Below are positions 11,030 to 21,616 of a stretch of DNA of 64,000 bases, piece by piece; the stretch's first letter is position 1, and each line of letters begins with the position of its first letter. The stretch is from Mycoplasmatota bacterium (GTDB lineage: Bacteria > Bacillota_I > Bacilli_A > MAG-NZ). Location of the stretch: positions 620,001 to 684,000 of the forward strand of contig CP074575.1 in assembly GCA_018394315.1 (NCBI GenBank). Reading direction: 5' to 3'. Made by a program: the position numbers and the translations under genes. Below the pieces are notes generated by a model. That model ran no database searches. It saw only the letters and a program-made list of their open reading frames with translations, and was not told the DNA's origin.

Positions 11030-12186
11030 TGAGTAAAAATGCATTTAAAATGCTTCTATTATCTTTATTAATAGGAGTTACTATTTATTTAGAAAAGCCT
11101 ATACTGCCCGAAATATTAAGGTTACATTCGATTGATTTATCTTGGTCTGGGGCATTATTTGCTGTTTTTGGATTTTCTGTTATGTTGTTTGCTCCTTTTT
11201 TGGGAGATGTTGGAGATAAAAAAGGTAGAAAGTTAGTTTTAATTATTTCAGTACTAGGTATGGCAGTTGGACAATTAATCTTCGGGTTATCAAGTGCTAT
11301 AAGTGGTATGTTAATTTCAAGGTTTATTTTCGGAAGTTTTTTCAGCGGAATAGCTGTGAATTTTATGGCATATTTCAATGATAATTACATGGGTTCAGAA
11401 AAATCGAGGATGATTAGCTATAACTTGGCAATCATGGCTTTTGGATTAGCTTTAGGTAGTCTATTTGGTGGTTATCTAAGTGGAGTAATAAATACTATTA
11501 ACATTTATTTTCTTCAATCTATTTTGTTTGTTATTATAGCTTTTGTTGTTTTCTTCATCTATCCGAAAGAGTATATTAGGATTGATGTTAAAAGAAATTA
11601 TGTGTTTAATATGTATCAAAATATAAAACGGGTGAAATTAAGTGGACTTTTACCAGGGATGATTGTAACTATGGTATTTTCTATAGGGATTTATATCGTT
11701 TTAAATTTCTTAGAATTTTATTTATCTAGCAAGAACTTCTCTTTGGGTCAGATTGGATTATATGTTTTCTCAATAAGTTTAGTTGGAGTATTAGGGAATA
11801 TCTTTATTACCCCAACATTATTAAGAAGGTTTGATGAAAAGATTTATCTTGTAGTAATTTTGATTGTTAGCGGGATTTCTTTAATGATAACGAGTTATCA
11901 TCATGAAATAGGTTTGTATGTATTTATGTTTGTTTTTGGACTAGTAAGTATGATGTTTAAACCGATTACAACACAAATTATTTCTAAAAATGCTGAGGAT
12001 GAGCAAGGTCTAGCTTTAGGAGTAAGAGAGACTCTAATTCACTTTGGTATGATGGTGGGTTCTATTACTGGTGGTTATTTATTTAGTAGTGAGCCAACCA
12101 GCATTTTCTTTGCTAGTTCATTAATAATGTTTGTTTGTGCGATTGGATTTGGGTCTCTTAAATATTTAGAAACACGTAATAAATAG
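11029..12186 (+). CDS. MFS transporter (DHA1-like)
   Basis: About 12 TM segments; GDVGDKKGRK motif A. Confidence 0.85.
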   Translation: MSKNAFKMLLLSLLIGVTIYLEKPILPEILRLHSIDLSWSGALFAVFGFSVMLFAPFLGDVGDKKGRKLVLIISVLGMAVGQLIFGLSSAISGMLISRFIFGSFFSGIAVNFMAYFNDNYMGSEKSRMISYNLAIMAFGLALGSLFGGYLSGVINTINIYFLQSILFVIIAFVVFFIYPKEYIRIDVKRNYVFNMYQNIKRVKLSGLLPGMIVTMVFSIGIYIVLNFLEFYLSSKNFSLGQIGLYVFSISLVGVLGNIFITPTLLRRFDEKIYLVVILIVSGISLMITSYHHEIGLYVFMFVFGLVSMMFKPITTQIISKNAEDEQGLALGVRETLIHFGMMVGSITGGYLFSSEPTSIFFASSLIMFVCAIGFGSLKYLETRNK

Positions 12187-12225
12187 CGTTATTTACTATA
12201 TGTTGTTATTGTGGTAGAATTTTAG

Positions 12226-13557
12226 TTGAGTGAGGTGATGATTTTGGAAAAGGAGAAACAAGAAACTATACAAGAAAAAATGAGTTCTAGAGGAAGTAGT
12301 CTTATTAGCTTCTTTAAACATAAAGAAGATGGTCTAGAATATAAAACTATAAATCTAATAATAAAGGTAATTGGTACATTAGTAGGGCTTGCTTTATTGA
12401 TATTCATTCTGCAAACAATTGGGGAATCGGTATTCCAACCCCTGTTTACATTTTTATCTATATTGTCACCATTTATTGCTGGTATAGTATTTGCCTGGTT
12501 GTTAACACCAGTGGAATCTGCATTAGTAGCTAGAGATATGAAACCTACTACTGCTGCATTCGTGGTTACTGTTATAGGTGTTTTTCTATTAATGATTCTT
12601 TTTGGTGGGTTTGCGTATGTAACAGCAAGCTCGATAATTGAGTTCTTAACTGGTGGAAAGAATATTGGATATTTTATCAATACCGGAAAAGATGTAGTAT
12701 CTACTATTAATGAATATATTAATTCTGACGCAAACGATGGTGGAGTAGTTAAGTTAGCAATTCAAGGTGGAGTAGTATTTGGATTAATTGAACGAAGTAC
12801 AGTTGTCAATTCTAGTACTGATACAGTAATAAATACGTATGAGTTGATTATTGGAACAGGGACTTCTCTTACAGATGTTATATCTTCTGCTTTAGGTTAT
12901 TTCTATAAATTTGTAATTAGTGCTGTTGTTGTAGGTTTTATGTTGCCGAACTTTAGTAACTTCGGTAACTCTGTAAAATCAATTATACCGAAAAACGTTA
13001 AAAGTGAGTGGTCTAACTTTATTGATATTGTTGGTGCATCGTTTACTGACTATATGCGTGGTGCGTTAATGATAGCTAGTATCGTAGGATCTGTAATTGC
13101 AGTTGGTATTGGGATTGTTTCTGTACTGTCAAGTACGATTTTTTATACTCCCGGATCTGTTAGTATCTTGAGTTTACACGGAGATATGTTTACGGTTATT
13201 GTATCTATAATTGTATTTGGTATATTATGTGCTCTTACTAACTTAATACCATATGCTGGGCCTTTCATAGGTGGGATACCTATAGTGATATTAGTATTAT
13301 TAAATGATCAAACTCCTGGATACTGGGTGTCTTGGGCTGTAGCTGGAGTTATTGTGGTAACTCAATCATTAGAATCTTTGTTCTTACAACCAGTAGTAAT
13401 GGGAAGAGCTACTAGAATGCATCCAGTAGCAATACTCTTAGGATTAACCATTTTTGGCTCGTTATTTGGTATCGTGGGGATGTTGGTATCAACACCTATT
13501 CTATCGGTAGGGAAATCTGTAATTAATTATTATAATGAAAAGTATGACATATTTTAA
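12226..13557 (+). CDS. AI-2E family transporter
   Basis: NLIPYAGP, QSLES..LQP, MHP..ILL..GSLFGIVG motifs. Confidence 0.85.
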   Translation: MSEVMILEKEKQETIQEKMSSRGSSLISFFKHKEDGLEYKTINLIIKVIGTLVGLALLIFILQTIGESVFQPLFTFLSILSPFIAGIVFAWLLTPVESALVARDMKPTTAAFVVTVIGVFLLMILFGGFAYVTASSIIEFLTGGKNIGYFINTGKDVVSTINEYINSDANDGGVVKLAIQGGVVFGLIERSTVVNSSTDTVINTYELIIGTGTSLTDVISSALGYFYKFVISAVVVGFMLPNFSNFGNSVKSIIPKNVKSEWSNFIDIVGASFTDYMRGALMIASIVGSVIAVGIGIVSVLSSTIFYTPGSVSILSLHGDMFTVIVSIIVFGILCALTNLIPYAGPFIGGIPIVILVLLNDQTPGYWVSWAVAGVIVVTQSLESLFLQPVVMGRATRMHPVAILLGLTIFGSLFGIVGMLVSTPILSVGKSVINYYNEKYDIF

Positions 13558-14151
13558 TTATTTATATCTAAAAGAGATTTTAATTTGAAATCTCTTTTTT
13601 AATGGTAAAATTATACTCATAATCATCAATTACTTAGAAAAATTTTCGAATTGCTATTTAGTAGAATCTAACGTATTTACAACTTCGACAAATTATGATA
13701 TACTTCGACATCAGAGTTTGTGTTATAGTTTTAGAATTTCCTTTTTTTCAAATTTTTGAGTGCCTAAATACTTTTCGTAACAGTATAGGTATTAAAATGG
13801 ATGTTGTCTAACTTTGTCAATATAATAACGAGTTTACATAAACTCTGATCAACTGTATAGTTAATACCAAATCTAAAAAAATTATTAATCAAGAGTTAAC
13901 TAGACTAGTTTAAATAACTCTTTTTTTATGCCTCAAAAATCTACTCAAAGAGAGTTTAATTAATTATATATAATCAGTTTTCTGACTTACTATAAGTAAA
14001 TTTATGAAATGTAAAGAATGTCTTGAAATTATATATTATAAGTGTTAGAGTATTAAATGCGGGTGCTCCAATCGCCGAGTTACTTCAATTTATAACAAAT
14101 ACTAGATTACTGTTTTAGATGAATTTTTATCTAATAATGATGGGGGTAAAT

Positions 14152-15786
14152 ATGAGTAATTCACTTATAGTAGGAATCACTTTTAATATATCACTTTTAT
14201 TTTTATTACTTAGCATCTACGCAAGGTTAGCAATCGAGAAATATAATAAAAGGCTAGGCTCACAAATACTTTTAGGAATAGGAGCATCAATAGGCGGAAT
14301 AATTATTATGGCAAATACTCTAGTAGTTTTAGATGGAGTTGTTCTTGATTCTAGATCTATCCTTATTAGTGCAACAGGTGCTTTTCTTGGAACTATACCT
14401 ACTGTGGTTGTTGTATTTGTGACTAGTATTTTTAGAATTATCCAAGGAGGAGTGGGTGCGATATCAGGAGTAGCTTCTATTATGATGACAGGATTTTTAG
14501 GAGTAATGTTCTTTAATTATAGAATTAAAATAAACGATCAAAAAAAATCGAGAAGATGGATTGAGCTTTATTTACTTGGATTAATAGTTCATGTGGTAAT
14601 GCTCTTATGTTTCTTTATAATGCCATTTGATATAGCAATTAACTCCATTGAACATATTTTAATACCAGTATTGGTAATTTGCCCGATTAGTTTTACACTT
14701 TTGGGTCTTACAGCATTTAGTTATAGAGATGATTTTTTTAATAAAAGACAATTAATAGAGAGTGAGAACAGATTTAAGAATCTAAGTTATAAAGATCATC
14801 TTACTGGGATTTGGAATAGAAGGTATTTTGAAAAGAAGATTACTAAATTATGTAATGAAAAAATTATACCTGTTTCAATTATTGTTGCAGATGTAAATGG
14901 GTTAAAATTTATTAATGACTCCTTTGGGCATGAATTTGGAGATGAAGCATTAATTAAAATTGCTAATGTTCTAACAAATGAAATTAGTGACTCTGATATA
15001 GTTTCCAGATATGGGGGAGATGAGTTTACTATTTTACTTCCTAATACAAACTCAAGACAATGTGAAAATCTCATAAAGAGAGTAAGGGCTGAAATAGAAA
15101 AAGAATTAGTAAATAATATAAAAATATCCGTAAGCATTGGATTCGATACAAAGATAGATTCGAAAACAACCATTAGAGACACTTTAAAAGTTGCAGAAGA
15201 CAATATGTATAGAGAGAAGTTAATAGAAGGACCAAGTAGGAGAGGTACAACTATTGATACGATAATAACAACTCTATATGAAACAGATCCATATTCTGAG
15301 GAACATTCAATAAGAGTTTCAGATTTAGCTGTTAAAATTGGACAATCCCTTGGATTTACCTCGCATAAGATTACAAACTTAAGAACTGCAGGATTACTAC
15401 ATGATATAGGTAAAATAACTGTCGCAAGAGATATTTTAAACAAGAAGGGAAAATTAACTAATCTAGAATTTACAGAAATAAAAAAACACCCTGAGACAGG
15501 AAGTAGAATATTGAAGTCTGCTAGAATTAATGATATCTCAAATTATATTCTTAAACATCATGAGAGATGGGATGGTAAAGGTTACCCCTTCGGACTACAA
15601 GGCGAAGAAATACCTTTAGAATCTAGAATAATTGCAGTTGCAGATGCTTTTGATGCAATGACAAGTGAAAGAAAATACAGAGACAAGATTTCTGAAGATC
15701 AAGCTAAACTAGAGTTGATTAACAACGCTGGAACTCAGTTTGATCCTGAGATCGTAAAGGTTTTCGTGAGTAATATAAATGGGTAA
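14152..15786 (+). CDS. Membrane-bound diguanylate cyclase / HD-GYP protein (5TMR-LYT-like sensor, GGDEF, HD-GYP)
   Basis: N-terminal TM block with DSR motif, RYGGDEF, LHDIGK, HHERWDGKGYP. Confidence 0.9.
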   Translation: MSNSLIVGITFNISLLFLLLSIYARLAIEKYNKRLGSQILLGIGASIGGIIIMANTLVVLDGVVLDSRSILISATGAFLGTIPTVVVVFVTSIFRIIQGGVGAISGVASIMMTGFLGVMFFNYRIKINDQKKSRRWIELYLLGLIVHVVMLLCFFIMPFDIAINSIEHILIPVLVICPISFTLLGLTAFSYRDDFFNKRQLIESENRFKNLSYKDHLTGIWNRRYFEKKITKLCNEKIIPVSIIVADVNGLKFINDSFGHEFGDEALIKIANVLTNEISDSDIVSRYGGDEFTILLPNTNSRQCENLIKRVRAEIEKELVNNIKISVSIGFDTKIDSKTTIRDTLKVAEDNMYREKLIEGPSRRGTTIDTIITTLYETDPYSEEHSIRVSDLAVKIGQSLGFTSHKITNLRTAGLLHDIGKITVARDILNKKGKLTNLEFTEIKKHPETGSRILKSARINDISNYILKHHERWDGKGYPFGLQGEEIPLESRIIAVADAFDAMTSERKYRDKISEDQAKLELINNAGTQFDPEIVKVFVSNING

Positions 15787-16417
15787 TGTAGCGAAATAGA
15801 ATAGTAAAATTAAAATGATAGATCAACTCTATCATTTTTTTAAAATTTAAACACGGGCTATATCATCGGTTAAAGGGGTTTGCTCCCTTTTATTTTGAGT
15901 TATGTAAGTTTATAATTTCAGAAACTTTAGGATTTGTTAGTGGACATTCACAATATCAATGTTATATTTTTCACTATTAAATATAGAATCCTGTTCTTCC
16001 TAAGCTCTAATCACTACATAAGTAAATTGACCTAGTGTAACGCTGGCACATATCTGATTTTGATTTATTTAATTGAATTGTTAGTAAAATTTCCTAAATA
16101 TAGCTTCCTTTCGATGCTCAAAGTTATCTAATAATTCATAGCCATCTTGTTCCATTTTTTTAATGTGATTATTTTTTTCTTCAATACTGTAATAAGTGTA
16201 TGTAGTATATTCTACTTTCTCAATAATACTTTTGATTTGTTTCATTTAATCCTCCAATTTAAGTTATATTTTTATACTAATCGTAGAAAAACATTTAATA
16301 CAAAGGGATATCTAAAAAATAACCTTCACATATAGGAAAGACTAATTATATAAAAAAATTAGTGTTTCTAAGGAATTAATAGTATGCTATTATGATAGTA
16401 TAAACAAGGAGGTCATA

Positions 16418-17278
16418 ATGGAAAAAATTATCATTATTTTAGGTTGTCTTTCTATAATGTCGCTGTCTTCAGGATGTTCATCAGAAAGTACAATTGATTA
16501 CTACGATTTAAATGTTCCAGAGTCAACACCTATTATTTTTGGGGAGGGAACTGTTTCTTCTGAGCTAATCCACGATTTCCCTCCTACATTCAATAGTAAA
16601 ATGGATGAAATGTATTTCAGTAGATTATATAGGGATCACAGACATGTACTCTGCAAGAGCATAAAGGTAGATGGGATTTGGCAAGAGATTGAAGAAGTAT
16701 CTTTCACGGGTAAAAACGAACAAAATCCTGTATTTTCTAGTGATGGTAAAACACTCTTCTTCGCAGCAGACAGTGAACCAGCTTTGCATAAACCGTCAGA
16801 GATATATAAGATTGACTTATCCTCTACCAGTGATGCAATAATGTTGGATGATAATGTTAACTCGAACTCAATTGAGTATCATGCTTCATCTTCTGATAAT
16901 GGGAATCTCTATTTTTCAAGAGAGGGAGAGGGTCTTTTCGTCAGTACTTATGATGGCTCTAATTATTCTAATGCTGCATTGCTTGAGGAGTTCAGTGATT
17001 ATACCTTTGCTACAAATCCTTTCATTGCTAGAGATGAATCGTTCATATTATTTGACTCCCGAGCTAATATTGGAGAGGGTTCAGCGGATATTTATATTTC
17101 TTTTAAGTACGGGGATGGATTCGGAGAACCTATTAATCTAGGTACAGAAATAAACACATCAGCTTGGGAAGGAATGGCTACTCTGTCTCCTGACTATAAA
17201 TACCTGTTCTTTGCGCGTGAAGGGGTAGGAGAGCGAGACATATATTGGGTAGAATTTAATGTTCAGGACTATAGATAA
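16418..17278 (+). CDS. Lipoprotein with PD40/WD40-like beta-propeller repeats
   Basis: Lipobox-like SSGC; repeats such as NPVFSSDGKTLFFA and ATLSPDYKYLFFAR. Confidence 0.7.
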   Translation: MEKIIIILGCLSIMSLSSGCSSESTIDYYDLNVPESTPIIFGEGTVSSELIHDFPPTFNSKMDEMYFSRLYRDHRHVLCKSIKVDGIWQEIEEVSFTGKNEQNPVFSSDGKTLFFAADSEPALHKPSEIYKIDLSSTSDAIMLDDNVNSNSIEYHASSSDNGNLYFSREGEGLFVSTYDGSNYSNAALLEEFSDYTFATNPFIARDESFILFDSRANIGEGSADIYISFKYGDGFGEPINLGTEINTSAWEGMATLSPDYKYLFFAREGVGERDIYWVEFNVQDYR

Positions 17279-17749
17279 ATAACCGAAAATAATTTGAGTA
17301 CAATGTGAATTCTATAAGATGAACAGTTCAGGAGAGGACTGTAATCTTATAAGCAAAGAGAAGTGAATATGTTATGCTTCATTATCAACAGGCAATGGAT
17401 TATTTTGATAGGCTTTATTCAAAAGAGCGTGATTAATATTCATAAAAACACTAGCTCATAAAATTGAAAATTCTCCGCCGGTACTAAAAAGCCATATAGA
17501 TTTTTATTTAGTTACATCAATAGACAAACAGTATTTCATTCAAATCAATTTCCTTTTTTTAAAAAATTAAGGACAATTTACCAGTCATAAGAATGGATTC
17601 AAAGACACGTGGTATATTATGGATTAATCAAACATTACTTACTTTTACCTCATTATAAAAGATAAAAAGAAAATGCTGGTTTAAATAGCACAATCTTTAT
17701 ATTTCAAATAATACATAGTATACTATAAATAGACAGAGGAGGGATTATT

Positions 17750-18025
17750 ATGACGTTGGAAGCTAGAGTGTGGCTATTTCTACTCATATTTATAACTTAT
17801 ATTTCTTACCAGATTTACTGGCTCATTAAATTTCAGGTGGAATTAAAGCGCAACACCGGAGATGCTTTCGAGTCACCAGAGCATAATTCTATGATGCTTC
17901 TCACTTTTTGTGTTTACGGAGTCTTGTTAAGTGAGCTACAAATTATATATAAGTTACTCTTAGGAGGGGGACTTATTTCATTAATTGCTCTAATCTATTT
18001 GGGTGCTAAAAAAAAATATAGGTGA
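17750..18025 (+). CDS. Small membrane protein, possibly degenerate
   Basis: ggaggg RBS, hydrophobic segments. Confidence 0.45.
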   Translation: MTLEARVWLFLLIFITYISYQIYWLIKFQVELKRNTGDAFESPEHNSMMLLTFCVYGVLLSELQIIYKLLLGGGLISLIALIYLGAKKKYR

Positions 18026-18130
18026 TAGTATTTGGCTAATTAGAGAAAATCTTTAATGACTATTATAAGTATCAAACGCAACGGGCAAAAAAGAAAACGG
18101 CTAATTTAAGCCGTTTAGTTATATTTAAAA

Positions 18131-18181
18131 TGGCAGTTCTAGATGGATTCGAACCATCAATCCTGGAGTCAAAGCCGGCTG
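18131..18181 (-). repeat. Degenerate copy of tRNA-Gln 3' part (att-like), with terminator copy beside it
   Basis: tggcagttctagatggattcgaaccatcaatcctggagtcaaag matches 21284-21327 with few mismatches; aaacggct..agccgttt hairpin adjacent. Confidence 0.85.
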
Positions 18182-18323
18182 ATCAATTTACAGAAGATAT
18201 TTGTTCTATTATTTTTTCGAAAGAACGTTAACAAACAAGATACATGCAAGCTGGCTTTCCGCCCTAGAAAAAAAGTGAAAATATTCTACTCACTTATAAT
18301 AGTTATCTACAAGAAGTAGACTT

Positions 18324-19082
18324 CTAAGCTACTTTTTTCTTTTTTTTGACTATTTTAATATACATAACTGATTTCATCTTTTTGAACTCGTATTTTTCAG
18401 TTTTTCTTAGGAAGTCCATAAATTTCATGTCTTTTCCATAGTTTCTAGGATGAAATGCAGGATACTTCTTTCTTAATTGAACTGCAACTAGACTTAAATG
18501 AGCCCATCCATTTTCATTTGAGTTCTCATTGACTAGAGTAGATAGCGCTACATGGATAGTCTTGAGTGGTGTTATGCCGCTCTTGACTTTCGTTGTCTTG
18601 GATTTATGTTTTTTTTCTTCAGTCTTTTTAGTTATAGTTTCCATAGGAATCATCTTGTCCAAATAAGAAAAAGTTTCACATGCATTAACTAGTGATAAGG
18701 GTGTTTTGCTTTCCCCCAGTCCGAACACATAAATGTTGTCCTCTTTTAACCTAGTAACCAGCTTAGTAAAATCACTATCACTCGAGACTATACAAAAACT
18801 ATCTACTTTTTTTCTATATAAAATATCCATAGCGTCAATTACTAATGAAAAATCTGAAGAATTCTTTCTTGGTGTATACGAGTACTGTTGTATCTGTGAT
18901 AAACCATGCTCTAAACATTTATCTTTCCAGGGATGCAGTTGATTGTTTGTCCAATCCCCATAAATTCTTCTAATGTTCACAGTCCCCTGTTTATTTGCTT
19001 CATCTATAATTATATCAATATATTTGGCTGGTATATTTTCTGCATCTATTAATAAAGCTATATTCTTTTCTGTAGTAATCAT
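18324..19082 (-). CDS. NYN-domain (PIN-like) protein with C-terminal OST-HTH/LOTUS domain
   Basis: ALLIDAEN, RIYGDW, KNSSD..LVIDAMD, SSDSDF, FHPRNYG; RBS before ATG 19082. Confidence 0.88.
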   Translation of the reverse strand: MITTEKNIALLIDAENIPAKYIDIIIDEANKQGTVNIRRIYGDWTNNQLHPWKDKCLEHGLSQIQQYSYTPRKNSSDFSLVIDAMDILYRKKVDSFCIVSSDSDFTKLVTRLKEDNIYVFGLGESKTPLSLVNACETFSYLDKMIPMETITKKTEEKKHKSKTTKVKSGITPLKTIHVALSTLVNENSNENGWAHLSLVAVQLRKKYPAFHPRNYGKDMKFMDFLRKTEKYEFKKMKSVMYIKIVKKKKKVA

Positions 19083-19629
19083 TACTCCCCTACCTTTCAT
19101 GAAGTGTGCAACTAAGAACAAATCATTACCTTTACTCAATATTATCATTATTTGACACGAAATACTACAGGTTGCACTAAACAAGACAAGACAAAAAGTC
19201 ACAGTGAATTATAAAGATAGAGACAATTATATCTAAGTTACTTGAAGAAACTGAGAACCAAACACACAAAAACCTTGAACAGTTTTTATATCGAAACAAC
19301 AAAGGCAGCAATATGAGATTACATAAACGCAAGTGAACCAAAACTATATTTACTTTAAGAAAACGGAGTTGTGACATCAGCTTTCATTTACAAAATATCC
19401 TTTGAAGACTAAGGAGTAATTTAGGTTTCCGCGTAAGGTAAATCTAAGTGTCCATAAATTAAGACATAGTTAAATTACAAGACGAACATACACAAACCTC
19501 ATCATAATACAAAAATAAAATGGTCTTGAAGTGCTTGACTCCTGTGTCGCTCCTAAGACATTTTAGAAGTTACGTTACTATAGCGAAAAATAAAAACGAC
19601 TCTCTTAAGCCGTTTGTTTGTGTTATAAA

Positions 19630-19680
19630 TGGCAGGGCTAGATGGATTCGAACCATCGATCCTGGAGTCAAAGTCCAGTG
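19630..19680 (-). repeat. Exact 51-bp copy of tRNA-Gln 3' part (att-like)
   Basis: Identical to 21284-21334; lacks D arm and 5' acceptor strand. Confidence 0.9.
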
Positions 19681-19989
19681 ATCTATTTATTGAAGATATT
19701 TAGTCAACTATTTTTCAAAGAACGTTAACTAATATTGTTGCAATGCATTATATCAAACTGTATTGAAAATGGCCCCCCTAGAAAAAAAGTGAAAATATTT
19801 TCACCTTTTGGGTTTAGATCATAATATCAAATTTAGTTAATTTGATAGACATATGGATTTTCAAACCTATATTAAATAGTTCAAAGTCTCCGAATATGTA
19901 TATTCTGTCAATTTTTAGGTCGTTACGGTCTCCGTCATACATCTTTTCAAATCAATACGTTTTTTCATAAAGATTTTCAGTCTCTTTAA

Positions 19990-20460
19990 TTATTTTATTA
20001 AATTATGTTTTTGAATAGATTTTTCCCAGTCATTTTTTTTCTTAGACTCTGTTCTCATTAAGTAATCTTCACTTTTATCAGAAAATATCATATAGGATAG
20101 TAGCAAACCACCTATTATGGTTGTAATAAAGCCGAAGAAACACGCAAGGAGTGCGGAAGAACCTTCGTTATATTTAGCATATTTATAGTATATAAATTGA
20201 GCGATAATCGACATTGAAAATCCAAAATAAGTTGCAAATTCATTTCCGATAAATAAGTCCTCACCGTTCTCAATTAATATATCTATTGCCGCCTCTCTTG
20301 GAACAAAGTATTCTTCCATGACAGCATAAATCTTATCATTAGTGACTTCAATCCTGTATATATTATATACATGAATAATTGTAGCCACTAAAGTCAACAC
20401 TATGTTAATAATTATTATAATTCTAGCCAATTTTGAAAACCTATAATACATGTTAATCAA
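19990..20460 (-). CDS. Hypothetical membrane protein
   Basis: 156-aa ORF, about 3 TM segments, ggggag RBS. Confidence 0.6.
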   Translation of the reverse strand: MINMYYRFSKLARIIIIINIVLTLVATIIHVYNIYRIEVTNDKIYAVMEEYFVPREAAIDILIENGEDLFIGNEFATYFGFSMSIIAQFIYYKYAKYNEGSSALLACFFGFITTIIGGLLLSYMIFSDKSEDYLMRTESKKKNDWEKSIQKHNLIK

Positions 20461-21283
20461 CTCCCCTTTTTCAATTTAGAAGTATTTAAATATTGATTAC
20501 AATCAATCACAATATTTATCAATATTGTTTTCCTTACTTAGATACCCGAAACTTGAATATAGTTTATTTCAATAATGGTATCTTTGTTCTTTCGCACCTA
20601 ACACTTTGTATACCTTATTGTTCTGCAAATTATGGAGTGTCCTTCTCTTCTACGATTTCTTTCCTACATACCCATTGTGTTTGCATCAACTCTAAAATAC
20701 CCCACAATGATTCATACTATCAATAGTATAGCACATAAAATAACAAATCAAAATATAGATTTTCGGAGCAAAAACTAGAATCAGAATTATAGAAATTACT
20801 GTAAGATATTTGTCAAAGAAAATAAGCTTTAAACTTGTATAATACTCAATATCAAAGTACACTTTGTTTTAGCAAGTAGAGTGGAATTAAGCTTCCAGGC
20901 AAGAAAAAAAGTATAAGAAATCAATTTAATTTTTAGTATATCATTATGCATGATCGAATTTTTGATATTCCTTTCTTAATTATCAAAAATCATTCTAAAT
21001 AGAAATCAACTCGTTTTTAGAAGTAGGGTGTAAACTGGACTTCCATGTAATTTGTGTAATGATAGATCAAAATGAAAGGAAGGGGTAACATGAACAACAA
21101 AATAGAAATGTTAATATCCAAGTTTGATTTTTTAAGATGTAAGCATATGATAGAACATTAATAATCAATATTATTCATTAGTTCCAATTAAGCTCCAGAG
21201 TCATTTTTGAGACAATTTAGGAGTTATAGTCCTATAGAAAAAAATAAAACGGCTAGTCTAAGCCGTTTAGTTATATTATAAAA

Positions 21284-21358
21284 TGGCAGGGCTAGATGGA
21301 TTCGAACCATCGATCCTGGAGTCAAAGTCCAGTGCCTTAACCGCTTGGCCATAGCCCT
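21284..21358 (-). tRNA. tRNA-Gln(TTG)
   Basis: Full cloverleaf AGGGCTA...CTTTGAC...TAGCCCTGCCA. Confidence 0.95.
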
Positions 21359-21368
21359 AAATAAAAAA

Positions 21369-21453
21369 TGGTGGAGGGGGACGGATTCGAACCGCCGAAC
21401 CCTGAGGGAGCAGAGTTACAGTCTGCCGCGTTTAGCCACTTCGCTACCCCTCC
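21369..21453 (-). tRNA. tRNA-Tyr(GTA)
   Basis: GGAGGGG...CTGTAAC...long variable arm...CCCCTCCACCA. Confidence 0.95.
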
Positions 21454-21616
21454 GTTTTTTATGCTCATTCATTATATATAATTTCAAAATAAAATGCAAC
21501 CCTCCAAATGATTTTTTTTATTTTATGTTTTTTTACAAATTTTAATCTTTTCTCTTGAAAAAAAACAAATAAGTGTTAATGTATAGTTGTAAATAATTTT
21601 ATAGGGGGTATATTCA

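Noticed and set aside
8850..14100. oriC or parS near mnmG-parAB
   Set aside because: No DnaA-box cluster or TGTTNCACGTGAAACA palindrome seen by eye
18131..19680. Additional functional tRNA-Gln genes
   Set aside because: Both copies lack the 5' acceptor strand and D arm
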